Below are positions 1 through 9,759 of a stretch of 11,397 nt of DNA, piece after piece (the first letter of the stretch is position 1; each line of letters begins with the position of its first letter). This DNA is from Octopus sinensis. Its lineage: Eukaryota. The position numbers and the translations under genes were made by a program. Location: the NCBI RefSeq assembly GCF_006345805.1, contig NW_021827022.1, positions 1 through 11,397 of the forward strand, in the 5' to 3' direction. Under the pieces are notes generated by a model. That model was not told where the DNA came from, did not search any database, and worked only from the letters and a program-made list of their open reading frames with translations.

Positions 1-228
1 ACACTTAGCAGACAGGTGCGACAAAGTAAATTTCAGGTAGAGTGTCTCTTTAATTTAATCTGATTTTCGCAAGAACTCTCTTCATCCATCAAGAATTACT
101 GCAGAACGTTGACAAAGAGACCAAAAATCCAGTGACTTATGGTCTAAAATCCCATGTCTTGTCCTAATCGTTTACATAAACTGCTGCTGGAAATCCCTAA
201 AAATGTTTTGAACCGGACCACATCCCCC

Positions 229-350
229 TAACTGCTGCCATAATCCTTGGCTTCAGTTTATCTTTAGGTTACAAGGAGTTTTGTTCCTCTCTCGCTCAGT
301 TGCACCCTACACATAATAATTAAGAGGGATGAGTCTGGAGAGTTAGGTGC
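229..350 (-). mobile_element. Decayed Tc1/mariner transposase C-terminal fragment
   Basis: Minus strand, with two 1-nt frameshifts and an in-frame stop, reads APNSPD-PLNYYV*GATERERNKTPCN-KDKLKPRIMAAV. This matches the Tc1/mariner WPPxSPDxNPLDYxVWG motif and the following helix. No TIRs identified. Confidence 0.7.
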
Positions 351-603
351 ATCTTAGTGTGTCAAAAACCAAATTTACTCATTAAGGGCCGCTTTGTTGC
401 CAATTCGTGTCTGTGCCACCAAATCTTAATGAACGATTCTTGTTCTCTTTGGTTTAATGTACATTTCTTGGCTTCGATAATATGGCCTTCGTATTTCGCA
501 TGGAAGTATTTGTTGATGATCCTCTCAACGTTAGGACTCCCTTAAGACACCTTTTCTTATCCACACATATATTAACGTTCCTCATCATGTATTTCTCTTT
601 AAC

Positions 604-836
604 AGGAGACGAGGTGGCAGAAACGTTAGCACCCCGGGCGAAATGCTTAGCGGTATTTCGTTTTCTGCTACGTTCTGAGTTGAAATTCCGCCCAGGTCGA
701 CTTTGCCTTTCATCCTTTCGGAGTCGATAAATTAAGTACCAATTATACACTGGGGTTGATATAATCGACTTAATACGTTTGTCTGTCCTTGTTTGTCCTC
801 TCTGTATTTAGCCCCTTGTAAGCAATAAAGAAATAG
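604..836 (+). mobile_element. tRNA-derived SINE copy 1 (Deu/Nin-like central domain; octopus-type)
   Basis: A-box-like GGTGGCAGAAACGTTAGC, B-box-like GAGTTGAAATTCC, central GTCGACTTTGCCTTTCATCCTTTCGGAGTCGATAAATTAAGTACC, tail CAATAAAGAAATAG. Aligns by eye with three adjacent copies. Confidence 0.85.
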
Positions 837-837
837 G

Positions 838-1021
838 AATTTCGTCTGCCGCTACGTTCTGAGTTCAAATTCCACCGAGGCTGCATTTACCTTTCATCCT
901 TTCGGGGTCGATAAATTAAGTACTAGTTAAAGCACTGGCGTCAATGTAATCGACTTAATCCCTTTGTCTGTCCTTGTTTGTCCCCTCTATGTTTATCCCC
1001 TTGTGGGCAATAAAGAAATAA
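838..1021 (+). mobile_element. SINE copy 2, 5'-truncated, same tail subfamily as copy 1
   Basis: Starts at ATTTCGTCTGCC (lacks the A box). Has B-box GAGTTCAAATTCC, the same central domain, and the same TTGTCTGTCCTTGTTTGTCC...CAATAAAGAAATA tail as 604-836. Confidence 0.85.
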
Positions 1022-1245
1022 GGCGGCGAGCTGGTAGAATCGTTAGCAAACTGGACAAAATCTTTAGTGGCATTTTCTCTGCCTTTACGTTCTGAGTTCA
1101 AATTCCGCCGGGGTCGACATTAACATTCATCCTTTTGGAGTCGATAAAATAAGTACCAGTTTGAACTGTGGGGATGCGGTGTAGATGTAATCGAATTAGC
1201 CATCACCCCTTAATTGCTTACCTTGTGCCAAAAGTTAAAACCAGT
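1022..1245 (+). mobile_element. SINE copy 3, alternative 3' tail subfamily
   Basis: Head GGCGGCGAGCTGGTAGAATCGTTAGC, B-box GAGTTCAAATTCC, central domain, tail CTTGTGCCAAAAGTTAAAACC. Confidence 0.8.
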
Positions 1246-1260
1246 ATGTTTCTCTTTGTT

Positions 1261-1450
1261 AGGCAGGTAGAATCATCAGCTGTATTTTGTCCTTTTTACG
1301 TTATAAGTTCAAATTCCGCTGAGGTCGAATTTAACTTCCATCCCTTTCGATGTTGATAAAATAAGTACCAGTTGACTACTGAGGTCATTCTGATAGACTT
1401 TCCCCCTACCTTGAAGTTGCTGGATTTGTGCCAAAATTTGAAGCTAATAT
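1261..1450 (+). mobile_element. SINE copy 4, more diverged, internal deletion between A and B boxes
   Basis: GGTAGAATCATCAGC head, AAGTTCAAATTCC B-box, central TTCCATCCCTTTCGATGTTGATAAAATAAGTACCAGTT, tail TTGTGCCAAAATTTGAAGC like copy 3. Confidence 0.75.
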
Positions 1451-1791
1451 ATTTCTCTTTAAAGTACATTTTTGCCAAACACGTTCGATTCTGCACTAAT
1501 CAGGCTAGTCAAAGCGTTTTACAACCGATAGGTTATCATCGCTCCCGTAACCTATCAAAGGCCCGCTTGACATTTCGTAGGGTTTCTTCTCGGCAGTGTG
1601 ACCCATACGAGAAAATCACTCAACATAGTTCGGTTGTTATCATTTTCATAATTACGAATTTTATATATCAATATTGTTAGAAAGGAAAATGAGTCAAGAG
1701 TAAATGCAAGGTATACATAATTGAGTCCTTAAATGACTGAAATTACAAGTATAAAAAAATATTTGGAACAACCTATTTGGAACAACCTAAT

Positions 1792-1960
1792 ATATACATA
1801 GCTACATACATACATACATTCATACATACACACACATACATACATACTTCCATACATACATATATACACACATACATACATACATACAAATATAGCACCA
1901 AACATACATACACCCATACATACACACATACGTACATGCATACATAAACACATATGTATG
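1792..1960. repeat. (TACA)n/(CA)n compound microsatellite
   Basis: Direct reading. Confidence 0.95.
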
Positions 1961-2186
1961 ATTGGCCCGCACTCTCATAAACTCATCTACACATAAACTC
2001 AACTAGGGAAACGTTTCAATCTCGTGGATGATCTAGTTATACACTTCGACATGGTGGTTATTTTGTTGCTATTGCATATGAAACAATACCGATATGGTAT
2101 GTGTGTCTCACAGTGACAGAGAAGACATGATGCAAAATAACCAAGGCAAAAAAACAAGCGTAGTGAAATGAACGAAGATATGTTAA

Positions 2187-2228
2187 TTTATATATATGTA
2201 TATACGCACACACACACACATATAAATG

Positions 2229-2267
<39 letters not shown>

Positions 2268-2343
2268 TGTTAATATATATATATGTATGTATGTATACAT
2301 AATTATAATATATTATATGTTAATATATATATATTATATATAT

Positions 2344-2391
<48 letters not shown>

Positions 2392-2435
2392 ACATACACC
2401 ATATATATATGTATGCATATATATATATATAAATG

Positions 2436-2500
<65 letters not shown>
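2187..2500. repeat. Interrupted (TA)n microsatellite
   Basis: Direct reading. Confidence 0.95.
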
Positions 2501-2506
<6 letters not shown>

Positions 2507-3214
2507 TATGCAATGTCAGTGTCATTGAGTTTTTTAGCGCATGATGTATATGTATAGGTATTAATGTAAATATAATAAACATTCACACAGATACACATAC
2601 TTAGGTACATAGAAACACACAAGCACAGACGAACTTATCTATTTGTGTCTGCATACACGCGACGTAGACGTACCTTTTTACTACGTGTAGTAGATATGCG
2701 CTGGGGTGTGTTTGTGTATACACAGCTATTTGTTATTTATGAGCCGAATGATGGTATATATAAATAGATATCAAACGGTATCTATAGTTCGGGTCAGTAT
2801 ATTCAAAAACAAAAAAAAAACACAAAAAGAACGTTATTATAGGCAAGAATGCTTTTTCTTTTTTTTTTGGTACCAACGAATTCCAAATACTTTTGATTGA
2901 TGTTAAGCAAAGAACATTAACCGTTTTTTAATGTTCCTTTTCTTTGAAATATATAATTTTTTTTTTATTCTATTTTTCATAAAATAAGTTTTTTGGAATG
3001 TTTCGTGTTTAAAGTAGTGTTTATTTAAGAGATGATAAAAAAAACAACTTAGAAACATATAAAGCAAACCACAGAAAAAAAAATAGAGAGAGAACAAGTG
3101 TTTTAACTAGAAGAGCAAGGTCGTGTGTCTCGGTGTGTCTTTACGTGTCTCTCTTTCTGAACTGAATATTATACCAGTATACCACGAGATATCCACTGAG
3201 TGTTAGGTGTATGT

Positions 3215-3475
3215 GCGTATATATATATATTATATATATATATAATGTGTGTGTGTGTTTGTGTGCGTGTCTATGTATATACATGTATGTATGTATGTAA
3301 TATATATATATATATATAATATATATATATATATATTATTTGTGTGTGTATATTATATATATATATATATATATATGTATATCGATAAGTACATATATAT
3401 ATATATATATATATAATATATTCTATATATATTTATATATGTATATAAATACATATATATATAAATATTATATGC

Positions 3476-3506
<31 letters not shown>

Positions 3507-3562
3507 TATGTATATAAATATATACATCTATATGACTATATATATATATGTATATATATGTG

Positions 3563-3594
<32 letters not shown>

Positions 3595-3595
3595 T
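3215..3595. repeat. (TA)n/(TG)n/(CA)n compound microsatellite
   Basis: Direct reading. Confidence 0.95.
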
Positions 3596-3700
3596 TGTTG
3601 GCTGTCATGAAGTCTGCTGTTTAATAGTCTGATATGTCAACATGTCGCCATTAGTATGATAACAGTCCGTCGAAGGTTATACATTCACATACATGTTGAT

Positions 3701-3755
3701 GCAAGCCTATATAGTCAGGTGTCTCGCTCAAGAAGACAACGCATTGCCCAGACTA
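3701..3755 (-). mobile_element. Possible decayed tRNA-SINE fragment
   Basis: AGTCAGGTGTCTCGCTCAAGAAGACAACGCATTGCCC resembles the reverse of the SINE segment after the B box (compare GAAGACACTTGCCCAAG at 9336-9352). Short and diverged. Confidence 0.4.
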
Positions 3756-4183
3756 ACAAAAAGCGACTTAGTTTAATCACGCCTTTTTCTTTCTCTGATT
3801 TGCTGTCTTCCTTTATGTCTATCGTTTTGCATTGATTTGCAAATACACAATTGTCTTGTTATAATGCATAGGATGAATGTTAATACAAACATGCAAAAGT
3901 AATTTCTTTCACATTGAACTTATTAGTATATGGCGAATGCTCCGAAACAACTGTAGTCTTAAGTACGACAAGTGGTCATATAAACATATCTACCTCTGAT
4001 ACCTTCCCCTGTCTTTTTGCTTTGCTTCATATACACCTCATTATATATATGTATATATATGTATATACATACACATACACACATATATATATAGTGAGAG
4101 AGAGAGAGAGAGAAATATAAATAGTATAGATTAGTATGTGTGTGCGTGTGTGTAGGTGAGTGGATATATATATATATATATAT

Positions 4184-4473
4184 ATAAATGAAAGAATGGA
4201 GTTGAACGACGAATTAACAAAATTCCTTTATTTTCGACATATGTTTCGAAGGCTGCATAATCCTAATTTCGAAGGAATAGGCGGTGCATTATGCCGCCTT
4301 CTCATCAGGAAATACAAGGAAATTATGTCAGCATCATGATGCACTAAAAACTTTTAGATGACTGCATAATGCACCCCTTATTCCTTCGAAATTAGGAATA
4401 TGCAGCCTTCGAAACTATGTCGAAAATAAAGGAATGTTGTTAATTCGTCGTTCAACTCCATTCTTTCATTTAT
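4184..4473. mobile_element. Fold-back element: inverted arms 4184-4294 and 4364-4473, 69-bp spacer; Penelope-like terminus
   Basis: Arms differ by about 5 changes in about 110 bp (by eye). The left end abuts a (TA)n tract. It contains a hammerhead motif. Confidence 0.8.
4223..4321 (-). ncRNA. Type I hammerhead ribozyme, intact core
   Basis: Minus strand: CUGAUGA (4308-4302); stem II GAAGGC/GCCUUC extended by GCAUAAU/AUUAUGC; GAAAC (4247-4243); palindromic loop AUAU; GUC triplet (4238-4236); stem I UUUC/GAAA plus UUCCUU/AAGGAA. Confidence 0.85.
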
Positions 4474-4750
4474 TTGTATTTAAAAAAAACACACAAATTT
4501 CCACACGATAGCACGCCTTCTCTGCCCTAAGCAGTAGCTTCAACAACGTGTTTTTCTGACGTGAATTTGCTACCCAGGTATCGGTTAACCGAATTATCCA
4601 TAATAAGATAATTCATTCAACTACTCAATTATATATATATATATATTATATATATATATATATATTATATATACTTTGATAGGTTTCGCCATTATTGGCC
4701 CAGGCCATGTCTAACTTAATAGCACCACCTGGTATATATATATATATATA

Positions 4751-4812
4751 ATCTAAATAAGCAACAATATATCCGAGGTAATGGGGTACGATCGTTTCAT
4801 GCTACTTCATTT
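4751..4812. repeat. Dispersed repeat terminus abutting (TA)n, copy A
   Basis: AAATAAGCAACAA-ATATCCGAGGTAATGGGGTACGATCGTTTCATGCTACTTCATTT aligns by eye with 11201-11263. Confidence 0.7.
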
Positions 4813-5290
4813 TATTAAATTGTTTTTAATCATCTGTAGACCTCATTTTTCTCTGTCTGTCTTATCTTCAACAACCTTATGAAATTGTCCATTCATTCTT
4901 TTCTTTATCCCACTATTTTCAGCTTCATTTCATTCACAATTACTGGTACAGTGCTTTATCATTAATGTTATTTTGAAATATTAAAATGTGTACATGTAAA
5001 ACTGGGGTGTATACTTAATCAATAAGTTTCCGTACTTACGTGATTGCCCTATGAACACACACACACACACATATATATATAACAGTCCAACAATTTTAAT
5101 GTGTATTACTTTCTCGTGTGTGGTCCAGCGCTTTTGTCAGTGTGGCGAGCGTGTTTACACTTGTGCGAGTGACGCAGGTGACACGTAGTTAAAATACATC
5201 GTTTCATTCAGAAGATAGAAATAAATTTTAATGACCATAAAGTACTCAGATATAGTACATCATCATCATCATCATGATTATTATTCTTAT

Positions 5291-5447
5291 TATTCTATAT
5301 TTGACTTTTGCTTTATATTTGTACAAGTTGGCGCCAAGTCTCACCCAGAGACCTCAAGAGACAACATGGTTGGAAGTTCATGTTGTTGTTATGCCTAGTG
5401 TGCCATATATTTGGGGGGGTGGGGATGTTGTACTAATGAATGTCTAA
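5291..5447 (-). mobile_element. Probable non-LTR retrotransposon 3' UTR fragment (Dong-like by context)
   Basis: Its TATTCTATATTTGACTTTTGC end abuts a TTA-type tract and recurs at 11371-11397. It lies in the same orientation as the adjacent R4/Dong fragments. No coding part remains, so the family is inferred. Confidence 0.5.
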
Positions 5448-5455
5448 AAAAAAAA

Positions 5456-5487
<32 letters not shown>

Positions 5488-5488
<1 letters not shown>

Positions 5489-5763
5489 TTTGTTTTTTTT
5501 TTTCTTCTTTCAAATTTGCTTCCATTTCTTGCCGAGTGTCTTCCCGACACCTAGGGCAAAGAAACTCATAGTATACATTGGTAGGCCATTAAACTAAACT
5601 CAATAGTTCGTTCATTTTTCTTTTTTTTTTAAGTTAAATTAAAATACATGGGTAGTAATAATTCTCGCATCGGCAATGCTCTTCTCAATACATGTGATGT
5701 ACCAGTTCAGGCAATCTTTTGCACTTCTTGCAGGGATGGCAAGCCAGGGATCATTCTCATATA
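5488..5763 (-). mobile_element. R4/Dong-clade non-LTR retrotransposon 3' fragment, copy 1
   Basis: 5763-5665 reads YMRMIPGLPSLQEVQKIA*TGTSHVLRRALPMR, the QKxxLxGTxHxLRRxL C-terminus typical of restriction-like-endonuclease R4/Dong ORFs. A 3' UTR and an (AAT)n tail follow. Confidence 0.8.
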
Positions 5764-5766
5764 ATA

Positions 5767-5837
<71 letters not shown>

Positions 5838-5872
5838 TATCATTATTATTACTATTATTGTTGTTGTTCTTG

Positions 5873-5930
<58 letters not shown>
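5764..5930. repeat. (TTA)n microsatellite
   Basis: Direct reading. Confidence 0.95.
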
Positions 5931-6199
5931 CATGTTTTTTCCTTCTTTCTTCAAATATTCTTCCGTTTCCCGCCGAGTATTTTCCAGACACCTAGGGCAG
6001 AGAAGCTCATTGTATGAATTCCCAGATTACAAGCGCAAATTCACAGATAAAATATGTATTTAACAATTAATAAATAGATAAATTCATGGATGGATGTTGT
6101 TTTCACAGCGATAGTTCTCTTCTCAGTAGATGAACCGTTCCAGTTAATACGATTTTTTGCACTTCCTGTAGAGATGGTAAGCCTGGAATCATTTTCAAA

Positions 6200-6201
<2 letters not shown>
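5931..6201 (-). mobile_element. R4/Dong-clade 3' fragment, copy 2
   Basis: 6201-6103 reads YLKMIPGLPSLQEVQKIVLTGTVHLLRRELSL*. The distal 3' UTR (CCTAGGGCA.AGAA.CTCAT) is homologous to copy 1. Confidence 0.85.
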
Positions 6202-6233
<32 letters not shown>

Positions 6234-6252
6234 TTATTATTATTATTATTAT

Positions 6253-6455
6253 TCAGTAGTTTTATTTTTATAGCGTGCTTTCACTTCACTACCGAGCGCA
6301 GCTCTGTGTGCCTTGGGTATGTGCTGTAATTTGTTGTGATGCTTTGATGGTTATTGTATGGAAAGTGTTCTGCGTAGGATGTGTGCAGTGCCTAGTAGTG
6401 CAATATTCTGTATGTTATATGTGTTTGTAAGTCCTGGTGTTTTTCTTATGTATTG
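6253..6455 (-). mobile_element. R4/Dong-clade 3' fragment, copy 3 (different subfamily)
   Basis: 6452-6351 reads YIRKTPGLTNTYNIQNIALLGTAHILRRTLSIQ*. An unrelated 3' UTR of about 100 nt follows and ends in (AAT)n. Confidence 0.85.
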
Positions 6456-6556
6456 ATTATTATTATTATTATAATTATTATTATTATATTATTATTATTA
6501 TTATTATTATATTATTATTATTATTATCATTATTATTGTTGTTGTTATTGTTATTA

Positions 6557-6587
<31 letters not shown>

Positions 6588-6755
6588 TATTACTAGTAGT
6601 AGTAGTAGTGGTAATAGTAGTAGTAATATTTGTAGTGTTGTTGATGTTGGTTGTGGAGATGTCAGTAGTAGTTGTATTAGTAGTAGCAGTAGTAATAGTA
6701 GTAGTAGTAGTAATAGTAGTAGTAGTAGCAGCAGCAGCAGCAGTAGTAGTAGTAG
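6456..6755. repeat. Compound trinucleotide tract (TTA)n-(TAG)n-(CAG)n
   Basis: Direct reading. Confidence 0.95.
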
Positions 6756-7254
6756 TCTGGTGCCAGTAGCGTTGGTCACTATAACGGTGTCAACATTGGT
6801 AGCGTTATTTAGTGCTTGTGGCACTAAAGCTACTAATAATAGATACGGTGTCTTTATTAGTCGTAGTGGTAGTCAGCGTGGTGGTCGCAGTTTCCGCAAA
6901 TATACGCAAAGGTTATTTGTTTCAACACTTAAAACAAGGTTAATACCGTTCTCTTCTAAATACTTGTATATATATGTTTTTATGTATTTTTTTGTTTTTG
7001 CCGGTGTGAAGTGTAAGGGCTGGAGGTTACGGGGTTCCGTTCTAAAGACAGGTTTGTTAGGTTTAATGTAACATAATGACAGTTATTATCACAAAGATAA
7101 AATATTTATGGACGGAGAGAATCTGTGTTTTCTGAGTCCCTAAAGACAAGATGAAAATTGGAGGAAAAAAAAAGCAAAAGAAGATAAAAAAGAGATGAGA
7201 ACTATAAGACGAAATATATTATAGGGAGAAACATAGATACTACACCTATTGACA

Positions 7255-7288
7255 TACATCTACAAATGTATGCGTGTATGTACTTATT

Positions 7289-7345
<57 letters not shown>

Positions 7346-7629
7346 GTATATAAATATATATATATATATATGTACACATATATGTGTGCATATGCGTACA
7401 GACACGTATGTATATACACATACATGCATGCAGATACATACATGCATATGTTTTTATATACACATATACACGCATATATAAATATATATAGATGCAGGTA
7501 TTATATATATATCTAGATACATACATATATATATATATATATTTATATATAAATAAATATATATATATATGTATCTATGTATGTTGGTATCTATTAATAT
7601 ATATGTATTATATATACACACACTCACAC

Positions 7630-7667
<38 letters not shown>

Positions 7668-7737
7668 TACATATACATACATATATTACACACACACTAT
7701 ATATATATAATATATATTATATATACATACATACACC

Positions 7738-7792
<55 letters not shown>

Positions 7793-7810
7793 ATGTATAT
7801 ATATATATAA
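7255..7810. repeat. (TA)n/(CA)n/(TG)n compound microsatellite
   Basis: Direct reading. Confidence 0.95.
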
Positions 7811-8029
7811 CTGTCCGTATCGTGTATGGATGCTTCTATGTATGTGGGCATTAATGTCTCGCGAAAGAAAATCAATGTGCGTTAGAGAAAAGGTGAGAAA
7901 CAGCAGCGAAATAACAATCGTAAAAACACAACATGAACAACAATAACAAGAATAGCATCGAGAACACGAAGAACGTTCGAGAAGGAGAAAATCAAAGTGT
8001 AAGATGGGAAGAGATGAAAAGAATTCTAT

Positions 8030-8268
8030 GTAGATATGTACGTATTTGTATATGTATATATATATATTTAGAAATGTGTATGTATGTGTATGTATGTATG
8101 TCTATATGTATATGTATATACATATGTATATACTCACACATATATATGTTCATATGTATGTATACTGGTGCTCTAGGTATATGTCATACGAAACACGCGC
8201 AGTGTTATTCATACATTTTTATGCATAGATACACATACATGTACATACATACATATATCTATATGTAT

Positions 8269-8333
<65 letters not shown>

Positions 8334-8515
8334 CTATATATATATATGTATATATATATATGTATATATATATATCTATAATATATACACATATATATAT
8401 GTATATATATATATTTATATATATATGTATATATATATGTATATATATATATATATCTACATACATATATATTATATATATATATATATATGAATTATTT
8501 TATAATATATATACA
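8030..8515. repeat. (TA)n/(TATG)n compound microsatellite
   Basis: Direct reading. Confidence 0.95.
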
Positions 8516-8653
8516 ATTATAACAAGGGCAGTTTAATGCATCACCACGCGCAGCTAGAAATAGACGTTAAATTCTTTTTTACAACATTAAACTCTCCGAG
8601 AGTACCACCCTTATTGTAGGCAACTTAAACTTGGTTAACTTGAACTTGGTTAA

Positions 8654-8713
8654 CCGTAGACACGTTTCGAACGCAAAGGAAAAATAATTTTGTGTACTGT
8701 CTCATCAGTACGA
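8654..8713 (-). ncRNA. Minimal type I hammerhead motif, stem II partly decayed
   Basis: Minus strand: UCGUA-CUGAUGA (8708-8702)-GA...UC-GAAAC (8668-8664)-GU-GUC (8661-8659)-UACGG. Stem I is UCGUA/UACGG. Only the first 2 bp of stem II pair cleanly. Confidence 0.65.
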
Positions 8714-9018
8714 TACTACTTAGAGCGTAAATTCGCAAGTATTTCAAAAATATGCACCTGATAATGCGACATCAATTGTCCTATATCCATCCACACTCGC
8801 AAATCTTAACCGCCATGTTTAACACAAATCTCACTTTTATACCCACGTATGTGTTCAGATCTGAGACCGCAGTAAATGCCGTTTTGATCATGGAGTGATC
8901 TATATGTATATATATAGGTACACACATATATATAGTCATTACGTGGCGACATATGTTTAATTGCATGTTGGCATTATCTTTACACATAGATATCATTGTG
9001 TACACATACCAAAGTATA

Positions 9019-9427
9019 TACTCTTTTACTCTTTTACTTGTTTCAATTATTTGACTGCGGCCATGCTGGAGCACCCCCTTTAGTCGAGCAAATCAACCCC
9101 GGGACTTATTCTTTGTAAGCCCAGTAGTTATTCTATCGGTCTCTTTTGCCGAACCGCTAAGTGACGGGGACGTAAACACACCAGCATCGGTTGACAAGCA
9201 ATGCTAGGGGACAAACACAGACACACAATCACACACACACATATATATATATATATACATATATACGACAGGCTTCTTTCATTTTCCGTCTACCAAATCC
9301 ACTCACAGGCATTGGTCGGCTCGGGGCTGTAGCAGAAGACACTTGCCCAAGATGCCATGCAGTGGGACTGAACCCGCAACCATGTGGTTGGTTAGCAAGC
9401 TACTTACCACACAGCCACTCCTGAGCC
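9019..9427 (-). mobile_element. Full-length tRNA-derived SINE (OR-type/CORE-like) with internal (CA)/(TA) tract
   Basis: Minus-strand head GGAGTGGCTGTGTGGTAAG (A box) and GGTTCAGTCCC (B box), then GGCATCTTGGGCAAGTGTCTT; tandem (GAGTAAAA)n tail at 9019-9038. Confidence 0.85.
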
Positions 9428-9642
9428 CATGTGTATGTGTGTTTGTGTGTTTGTGTGTGTGTGAGGGAGATTTTGTGCATGTCTGTGTATGTGTGTATTA
9501 TAAGATCGTAGTTAGCCCGAAACACAGGTATATCAATAAATACTCCCAACACGCACATTTATAGACAACCTCTTTTCCTAATCAGAATACCTAAAACATA
9601 TCTAAGAAAAATAAATAGGAACTATTAAAAAATTGTATAAGT

Positions 9643-9759
9643 GCAGGTGTAGTTGTGTGTTAAGAATTTTGTTTTCCAACCATATGGCTCGGGGTTCAAT
9701 CGCACTGAGAGGCACCTTGAGCAAGAGTCTCCTTCTAAAGTCTCGTGTTAACCAAAGCT
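9643..9759 (+). mobile_element. Decayed 5' part of the same SINE family
   Basis: GCAGGTGTAGTTGTGTGTTAAG...CAACCATATGG...GGGTTCAATCGCACTG.G.GGCACCTTGAGCAAG...ACCAAAGC aligns with the head of 9019-9427 in the opposite orientation. Confidence 0.7.

Noticed and set aside
357-750. ORFs 357-545, 454-750 and 482-730, plus an open minus-strand stretch (ERIINKYFHAKY...)
   Set aside because: No recognisable domain; two run into SINE sequence. It may be further decayed transposase, but I could not align it convincingly.
1240-1285. CTGATGA and GAAAC on the minus strand at a hammerhead-like spacing
   Set aside because: CTGATGA arises from a mutated SINE A box; stems I and II give at most 2-3 bp. Likely chance.
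2056-2152. 10-bp inverted repeat GGTTATTTTG/CAAAATAACC enclosing ATACC/GGTAT, with CTGTGAG on the minus strand
   Set aside because: The hammerhead core is incomplete (no GAAA after stem II) and the stems are short enough to be chance.
5003-5038. GGGGTG...TCAATAAGTTTCCG resembling a mariner TIR
   Set aside because: Short, with no partner TIR or transposase nearby.
6751-6910. Thr/Ala-rich minus-strand reading resembling a mucin-like exon
   Set aside because: It needs a frameshift, grades into the trinucleotide tract, and has no clear splice sites. Best read as decayed microsatellite.
1729-8466. Many listed ORFs rich in YI/IY, poly-I, poly-N, poly-L or poly-Y
   Set aside because: They are translations of (TA)n, (TACA)n and (TTA)n tracts, which lack stops in some frames; there is no other coding evidence.
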